DNA from: Asticcacaulis sp.
GTDB taxonomy: Bacteria > Pseudomonadota > Alphaproteobacteria > Caulobacterales > Caulobacteraceae
NCBI GenBank assembly: GCA_036834925.1
Contig: DAITMY010000001.1
Coordinates: 1 to 33,228, forward strand
Direction of reading: 5' to 3'
Length of the DNA stretch: 33,228 nt
In this document: piece by piece, positions 27,597 through 33,228 of the stretch
Layout of the letters: every line of letters starts with the position of its first letter
Numbering within the stretch: the stretch's first letter is position 1
Made by a program: the position numbers and the translations under genes
Notes under the pieces: generated by a model
The model's input: the letters and a program-made list of their open reading frames with translations, nothing else
Databases searched by the model: none
What the model was told of the DNA's origin: nothing

Positions 27597-27665
27597 TCTC
27601 CGGCTGTTCTGTGAGGATCAGCCGACATCGCCGCCACTATGGCGACCAGAGGGACCCGGCTTGAC
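27597..27665 (-). ncRNA. Structured 5' leader of terC (candidate cis-regulatory RNA, terC-motif-like)
   Basis: AGCCGG/UCGGCU outer stem, inner GUCGCCA-UAG-UGGCGGC hairpin, and an alternative CGGCUG/CAGCCG hairpin abutting the RBS. Confidence 0.55.
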
Positions 27666-27715
27666 GCTCATGTGTGGCATCCCCGGGCAAAATCAAGACA
27701 TTTTGTCTCAGGTCG

Positions 27716-29494
27716 TCAGGCCACAGCCTTGAACGCTGTCCGACCTTCTGACGCATCGCGCAGCATTCCGGCCAAAGCTTTGAAATCCACGGGCTTGTTC
27801 AGATAGGCATCGGCCCCCGCGGCACGGCCCGCATCGTGGTCTTCATTCCGGGCACTGGCCGAGACGATCACAATCGGGGTCTGGTTATTTTGGCATGCGC
27901 TGACCCGCAGCAGCCGTGTCGCCGTAAGACCATCCATGACCGGCATATTGACGTCCATCAGGATCACGTCAAAGCCTTGCTGGTTGCACAGCTCCAGTGC
28001 GATTTCGCCGTTTTCAGCTGCCGTCACAGTGTGCCCTTGGGCGACGAGCCAAGATTCAAGGATCTTGCGATTGACCGGATGATCTTCAACGACCAGAACC
28101 CGCATAGCGTTTGTGGGTTTGGTGTCCGTATCGTTGTCGGTTGAGACCGAGGTTGAGGCTTTTTTCCAGACCGTTACCGTCAGATCCAAGCTCAAGGTAA
28201 AGACCGAGCCTTCGCCCAGCTCAGACGTGACCGTTAAGTCGCCGCCCATCAGTCGGGCGAGCTTTCGTGACAGCGTAAGGCCCAGTCCTGACCCCCCATA
28301 TTGCCGGGTGACGCTGTCGTCGGACTGCTCAAACGCTTCGAATACACGCTCAAGATGGTTCTTCGCGATGCCAATTCCGGTATCCGCAACCTGAAACACA
28401 AGGGCGCACTGGGTGGGCCCGCGCTTTTCAGACTTGAGGCTCAGTATGATTTCACCCTGATGCGTAAATTTTATGGCATTGGACACAAGGTTACTCAAAA
28501 TCTGAAGCGCACGCTTTCGATCTACTAGGACCTTGTGCGGTATGTCCGGGTCGATCTCAAACCGCAACGTCAAGCCCCTCTGAGCGGCTTGCGCGGCATA
28601 AGTGCTTTCCAACACCTGTGCTAGCTGCGCAGGGTCAGCCTCAGACATTTCCATTTGGACCTTGCCCGCTTCGATACGGGTGACATCCAGAATGTCATTC
28701 AGCAAATGCATCAAGCTATCGCCTGAATGGCGAATAATCTTGATGTAATCGGATTGGACCGGATTTAGCTCGGTCGTGCTCAGCAGCTGTGCTGCTCCGA
28801 GGACGCCATTCAGCGGCGTGCGCAGTTCATGGCTGATCATGGCCAAGAAGGTCGATTTGGCGCGATTGGCCTCTTCGGCCTTGTCTCGGGCGGCGCTGAC
28901 CTCTGCAATCAGGCGAGCTTGGTCGTTTTGAAACGCGGCTATGCGGCTGTCTGCAGCCTTGGCCACCAGAGAAGGAACACTCAGGCACAACGCGCCCATG
29001 ATCAGCGCCGTCAGGGCCGCACTGAATTCCGGCTGTCCCCAGAGGTCTACCAACATTCCGATCGCGACCAGACCATAGGGTGAGGCAATGATAGCCGCGT
29101 TCACTGCGGAGGCGCGGAGTTGGCTGAACACCATAAAGCCGCCAACACTGATGAAGATCATCGCCGCGGCGTGACCAAACGGATGACCACTCATCCAAGC
29201 CATAATCGGCGCTACCGCCCACCCGCATGTGGCCAAAGTGGCAGAGATCAGAAAGAGGGGGCCGAAGGTCGTGCTCTCCTGACGGGCCATCCGACGCTCA
29301 GCAAAGGTCCGAATTGAGCTGATGACCAAGGTCATCAGCATCCAACCCAGCGCCATTTGCCAGCCGACAACCCCCAACAGTCCCACAGCCCACGCCGCGA
29401 TCAGGATGTACCGCAAATACTGCGTACTGATCAGCATTGTGAAGGTCGCCGAGGCCCCGCCTGGGATCATGGACTTGGGACTTGGATCAACCAT
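27716..29494 (-). CDS. Membrane hybrid sensor histidine kinase/response regulator
   Basis: Multi-TM N-terminus, SHELRTPLNG, NLVSNAIKFT, DTGIGI, GSGLGL, and receiver domain VVEDHPVN...LMDVNMPVMDG...KPV. Confidence 0.95.
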   Translation of the reverse strand: MVDPSPKSMIPGGASATFTMLISTQYLRYILIAAWAVGLLGVVGWQMALGWMLMTLVISSIRTFAERRMARQESTTFGPLFLISATLATCGWAVAPIMAWMSGHPFGHAAAMIFISVGGFMVFSQLRASAVNAAIIASPYGLVAIGMLVDLWGQPEFSAALTALIMGALCLSVPSLVAKAADSRIAAFQNDQARLIAEVSAARDKAEEANRAKSTFLAMISHELRTPLNGVLGAAQLLSTTELNPVQSDYIKIIRHSGDSLMHLLNDILDVTRIEAGKVQMEMSEADPAQLAQVLESTYAAQAAQRGLTLRFEIDPDIPHKVLVDRKRALQILSNLVSNAIKFTHQGEIILSLKSEKRGPTQCALVFQVADTGIGIAKNHLERVFEAFEQSDDSVTRQYGGSGLGLTLSRKLARLMGGDLTVTSELGEGSVFTLSLDLTVTVWKKASTSVSTDNDTDTKPTNAMRVLVVEDHPVNRKILESWLVAQGHTVTAAENGEIALELCNQQGFDVILMDVNMPVMDGLTATRLLRVSACQNNQTPIVIVSASARNEDHDAGRAAGADAYLNKPVDFKALAGMLRDASEGRTAFKAVA

Positions 29495-29723
29495 TTCCGC
29501 ACCATTGTGACACGCTCATTTCACAATAATGACACGTAGGGGCTAAGACACAGTAAAGACGGAATTTTTCCGAAAATACACGGTAGAGCTTTAGCAAAGC
29601 CTTGCAAAATATAGGTTTGCTGAAACTTACCCTTCGTAAGTTATCGGGTGTGGCATCATCCGTGAACGGCTTGAATTGCGATAATCGTCGAGTTCGTCAC
29701 GATAAACAGAGTCATGGTGGGCG

Positions 29724-29993
29724 CTAGTCATTCGGCGCACGGAGGATCAGGCTGAGCGCATGGACCGGACCGGCGAGTTCTGTGGTCAGAACCGCATTGA
29801 CGGCGCGTTGACGTTGAAGCCGCGACAGGCCCGTAAACTGCGCTGAGGTCATGCGCACGGTAAAATGACTTTCGCCGCCGGGATGTGCTCCAGCGTGTCC
29901 GGCATGGCGGTCGCTGTCGTCAATGACCTCCAGATGGCTCGGATTGAAGGCCAAAGTGAGTTTTTCTGTGAGCGACTGTGCGATTTTACCCAT
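29724..29993 (-). CDS. bolA: BolA family protein
   Basis: LEVIDDSDRHAGH, GESHF, F.GLSRLQRQRAV and GPVHALSL motifs. Confidence 0.95.
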   Translation of the reverse strand: MGKIAQSLTEKLTLAFNPSHLEVIDDSDRHAGHAGAHPGGESHFTVRMTSAQFTGLSRLQRQRAVNAVLTTELAGPVHALSLILRAPND

Positions 29994-30009
29994 TCCGGCC
30001 CCGTCAATT

Positions 30010-30038
30010 CTTGAATGCTAAAAAGTGTACGTCATACT
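30010..30038 (+). promoter_or_regulatory. Putative RpoH-type (or sigma70) promoter for the J-domain gene
   Basis: CTTGAA (30010-30015) N17 CATACT (30033-30038). The ATG lies 7 nt after the -10 element and has no RBS. Confidence 0.5.
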
Positions 30039-30045
30039 TGGGCCT

Positions 30046-30690
30046 ATGAGCGGTGCGTTTCAATATAAACCCAAGTTTGTCGATATCCGGATCCGGCCCC
30101 CCAAAGATGGGGAGGAAGCGGAGCCGATCAAGGAAGATGTCCTGCGGCTTAAGCCGGGGGAAAAGCCGTGCGACTGGCCGGGGTGCGCCAAGGCTGGGTT
30201 GACCCGTGCGCCGAAGTCGCGGGAGACGCTCAACGAGTTTTACTGGTTCTGTCAGGCCCATGCGGGCGAGTACAATAAGAGCTGGAATTTCTTTGCGGGC
30301 ATGAGCGAAGGCGAGGCCAAGCGGTGGCAGGAAGATGCCACCACCGGTCACCGGCCGACCTGGGCGTTTCGCGCGTCACGCTTTAGCCGCGAAGCCTCCG
30401 CCAAACTGGGTGGCAAGGCCTATCGCGATCCCTCGATCCGGGCGCCTGAGGATGTTGAGCTGATGGCCAACAATGGGACGCCCGTGCGCCACATGGGCAA
30501 GATCGAGCGCCAAGCCTTTGCGGATCTGGATCTGGAGCCTGATGCAGACGCCGCCACGATCCGTGCGCGCTATACCGAAATGCTCAAGCGGTGCCATCCG
30601 GATGCCAATGGTGGCGATCGCTCAGCTGAAGCCAAGCTTCAGCGCGTGATCAAGGCCTATAAAGTGCTGAAAAAGATTGGTCTGGCCTGA
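30046..30690 (+). CDS. J-domain (DnaJ-like) protein with an N-terminal Cys/His motif
   Basis: CDWPGC...RAPKSR...WFCQAHAGEYNKSWNFF and a C-terminal J domain with HPD. Conserved position between bolA and cobS. Confidence 0.9.
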   Translation: MSGAFQYKPKFVDIRIRPPKDGEEAEPIKEDVLRLKPGEKPCDWPGCAKAGLTRAPKSRETLNEFYWFCQAHAGEYNKSWNFFAGMSEGEAKRWQEDATTGHRPTWAFRASRFSREASAKLGGKAYRDPSIRAPEDVELMANNGTPVRHMGKIERQAFADLDLEPDADAATIRARYTEMLKRCHPDANGGDRSAEAKLQRVIKAYKVLKKIGLA

Positions 30691-30780
30691 TCCTTAGCGA
30701 ATTTGGGTCCGAACAAAAAACCCGCACGGCGCGTAAAAAAGCGATTGTCCGGCGCTTCGGAAAGGCCTAGCTGACTGACT

Positions 30781-31785
30781 ATGACTGATCATGCTCTTGC
30801 TCCGGCGGACGCGCTGGAAACCCTTTTGCCAGACACAACCGTGTCGGCTCGCGACGTGTTTGGCGTCGATACCGACATGCTCGTGCCCGCCTTTTCGGCA
30901 CGCACCAGCCATGTGCCGGAGATTGATCCCGCTTATCGGTTTGATCCCCAGACCACTCTGGCGATCTTGGCCGGATTCGCCCATGACCGTCGGGTGATGG
31001 TTCAGGGCTATCACGGCACCGGCAAGTCGACCCACATCGAGCAAGTCGCCGCGCGGCTGAACTGGCCGCTGGTGCGGGTCAATCTCGACAGCCATGTGTC
31101 ACGGATCGATCTCGTGGGTAAGGATGCGATTGTCCTCAAAGACGGCCAGCAGGTCACGGAATTCCGTGAAGGGATTTTGCCTTGGGCGTTGCAACGGCCT
31201 GTCGCCTTGGTATTTGACGAATACGACGCCGGGCGTCCCGATGTGATGTTCGTGATCCAGCGTGTGCTTGAGGCGCAAGGGCGTCTGACCTTGCTCGACC
31301 AGAACCGGGTGATCCGACCTAATCCGGCGTTCCGTTTGTTCGCGACCACCAACACCATCGGGCTTGGGGACACCACCGGGCTTTATCACGGCACCCAACA
31401 GATCAATCAGGGCCAGATGGACCGTTGGTCAATTGTGACCACGCTCAACTATCTCGACCATGATGTCGAAACGGGGATTGTGGCGGCCAAGGTGCCGAGC
31501 TTTGACACCCCCGAGGGCCGTCTGAAACTGGCGGCCATGGTGCGCGTGGCGGATATGACCCGCAACGCCTTTATGAACGGGGATATCTCGACGGTCATGA
31601 GCCCGCGGACGGTGATCACCTGGGCCCAGAATGCGGAGATTTTTGGCGGCGATCTGGCCCTCAGCTTCCGCCTGACTTTCCTCAACAAGTGTGACGAGCT
31701 GGAGCGGCCGACGCTGGCGGAATTCTATCAGCGGGCGTTTGGCGAGGACCTGCCCGAGAGCGCGCTGCGAGTCCGCGTCGCCTGA
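30781..31785 (+). CDS. cobS: Cobaltochelatase subunit CobS (AAA+ ATPase)
   Basis: [63 protein letters not shown]. Confidence 0.96.
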   Translation: MTDHALAPADALETLLPDTTVSARDVFGVDTDMLVPAFSARTSHVPEIDPAYRFDPQTTLAILAGFAHDRRVMVQGYHGTGKSTHIEQVAARLNWPLVRVNLDSHVSRIDLVGKDAIVLKDGQQVTEFREGILPWALQRPVALVFDEYDAGRPDVMFVIQRVLEAQGRLTLLDQNRVIRPNPAFRLFATTNTIGLGDTTGLYHGTQQINQGQMDRWSIVTTLNYLDHDVETGIVAAKVPSFDTPEGRLKLAAMVRVADMTRNAFMNGDISTVMSPRTVITWAQNAEIFGGDLALSFRLTFLNKCDELERPTLAEFYQRAFGEDLPESALRVRVA

Positions 31786-31814
31786 GACAGATTTAAAGGC
31801 TTTCGATAAGGCTT

Positions 31815-31855
31815 AAAAAGAAACCCGCCGGAACGCATCCGGCGGGTTTTTTGTT
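31815..31855. terminator. Bidirectional terminator between cobS and the TonB-dependent receptor
   Basis: AAACCCGCCGGA-ACGCA-TCCGGCGGGTTT flanked by A and T tracts. Confidence 0.85.
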
Positions 31856-31909
31856 CGGCGTATCAAGGACTTCCCCGGCAGGTAGCTGCCGGGGCAGGCT
31901 CTTGAGGGC

Positions 31910-33228
31910 TTAGTGCTTGTAGTTAAAGCCCACGTAGAACCGACGACCGAACATGTCGAAGGTGTCAGCTGTGGTGGTCGAACCCAGCCAACGCGGCGGG
32001 GTTTCATTGAAGGCGTTAACCACACCGCCACGGATGGTGAGGTTTTTCCGGGCTTCCCAGCGGACCGAGAAGTCATGCTGGATCGAGTTACCCGTCTTTC
32101 TGAACTTGTCTTCGCGGTTATCCGGGTTGCTCCGCAGAACATCGATGTCGATCAGCTCTTGCGAGCCGATGAAGTCCATATTCCAGAAGAAGCTCAGAGT
32201 CGGCTTGTAGTTCCAGGCGACGTTAGTCGCAAAGCGCAATTCCGGGTACTCAAGCTGGGACGTGAAGTCGGTATGGAAGCCCGGCTGGTCGATATTGGTG
32301 TAGGCACGGTTGAATTGCTCGTAGGTGCCACGCAAGGTGACATTCAGGTTGCCCAGATCACGACCGAAGACGTTATTGAGCGGGGCACGATGCTGGAACG
32401 TAAAGTCCAAACCTTGAGTTTCAAAGCGCGCATAGTTGAACGAGCCCTGACGGAAGAACGAAACCTTGTATTCGTCAGCCGGGTTACGGGTGATGTTGCC
32501 ACAAGCCGCCGGGTTGAGGGCAGCCGTGTCCACGCACTGATTGACCATGGTTTGCGCTGCAATCGCCGCAATCGCGTCATCAATCTGGATATTGTACCAG
32601 TCAAACACGATCGTTGTGCGTGGCAAGAAGGCCGGGTTGAGGATCACGCTGAGGGTCTTCGACTTTGACGTTTCCGGCTTCAACAGGGTGTTGCCACCCA
32701 GCACGCCTGGAGGCGATGCCGAATAGGTCATGGTCTGGTTGGCCGGGATGCCGAGGGCCGCGCAGTTCTTGATCCGATTTTCGCGGATCTGTGTGTTGGT
32801 CGTATTTTGAATGTTACGGCTGTCACACGGGTCGTTGATGAGCGCGAAGGTCTGCGTGAACGGGGCAAAGTTTTCGTTCAGGTTCGGAATGCGCGTTGCA
32901 AAAGCACGTGTTCCACGGAACTTGACCTGGTCGTTCACTTCCCAGAAGAACTGAGCCGAATAGGTGTTAACCTTGCCGACCGTCGAGTAATCCGAGCGAC
33001 GGATCGCGCCGCTGAACTCTAAGCTCTTGGCAAAAGGCACGTCCTTCAGCAGCGGGATCTTCATTTCCGCGAAGGCTTCTTTGGTATCATATTTGGCCAG
33101 TTTGAAGTCCGGGCCGGTGTTCAGGAACAGAACGCGCGAGCCGGTGTCAGCATCACGGCCCTTACCCTCGGTGGTTTCCTTTCGCCATTCCAGACCCAAG
33201 GCCAGACCGATTTCACCAGCACCCCAGA
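31910..33228 (-). CDS. TonB-dependent receptor, C-terminal part (5' end outside the window)
   Basis: Frame is open to the window end. Beta-barrel motifs (RRSDYSTVG, GGNTLLKPETSKS, DWYNIQIDDAI, GVVNAFNETPP) and C-terminal GRRFYVGFNYKH; Cys-containing loops (NDPCD, CAALGIP). Confidence 0.93.
   Translation of the reverse strand, partial: WGAGEIGLALGLEWRKETTEGKGRDADTGSRVLFLNTGPDFKLAKYDTKEAFAEMKIPLLKDVPFAKSLEFSGAIRRSDYSTVGKVNTYSAQFFWEVNDQVKFRGTRAFATRIPNLNENFAPFTQTFALINDPCDSRNIQNTTNTQIRENRIKNCAALGIPANQTMTYSASPPGVLGGNTLLKPETSKSKTLSVILNPAFLPRTTIVFDWYNIQIDDAIAAIAAQTMVNQCVDTAALNPAACGNITRNPADEYKVSFFRQGSFNYARFETQGLDFTFQHRAPLNNVFGRDLGNLNVTLRGTYEQFNRAYTNIDQPGFHTDFTSQLEYPELRFATNVAWNYKPTLSFFWNMDFIGSQELIDIDVLRSNPDNREDKFRKTGNSIQHDFSVRWEARKNLTIRGGVVNAFNETPPRWLGSTTTADTFDMFGRRFYVGFNYKH

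Noticed and set aside
27592..27715. yybP-ykoY Mn riboswitch upstream of terC
   Set aside because: Its GGGGAGUAG and GAC hallmarks were not found; reported as a different candidate leader instead.
29543..29557. CtrA box upstream of the hybrid kinase (CTAA-N7-TAAA)
   Set aside because: Two mismatches to TTAA-N7-TTAA in an AT-rich region; not distinguishable from chance.

Overview
A GC-rich alphaproteobacterial chromosome segment, most consistent with Caulobacterales (ptsP-rodZ adjacency, bolA/J-domain/cobS cluster, Caulobacter-type TonB-dependent receptor, GTTC-N7-GTTC LexA box). Core genes: a partial TPP-dependent enzyme, yebC, ptsP, rodZ, ohrR/ohr, thiC with a TPP riboswitch, ompW, a thiolase plus FadB/FadJ beta-oxidation pair, terC, a hybrid histidine kinase, bolA, a J-domain protein, cobS and a partial TonB-dependent receptor. 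Accessory modules: a ParD/ParE-like toxin-antitoxin pair, two tandem secreted HExxH metallopeptidase-like/TPR-like paralogs (one strongly AT-rich), an Lrp regulator with a PLP trans-sulfuration enzyme, a secreted S9 peptidase plus cyanophycinase-like pair, and unknown exported proteins. No rRNA, tRNA, CRISPR array, integrase or transposase was seen. Best leads: the tandem metallopeptidase pair and its compositional mosaic; a switch-like RNA leader upstream of terC; a decayed copy of toxin sequence in the antitoxin leader (16-bp exact repeat); an SOS box before a degenerate zinc-ribbon microprotein; and a cyanophycinase with an altered substrate-binding motif. All family calls come from motif recognition by eye, with no database searches.
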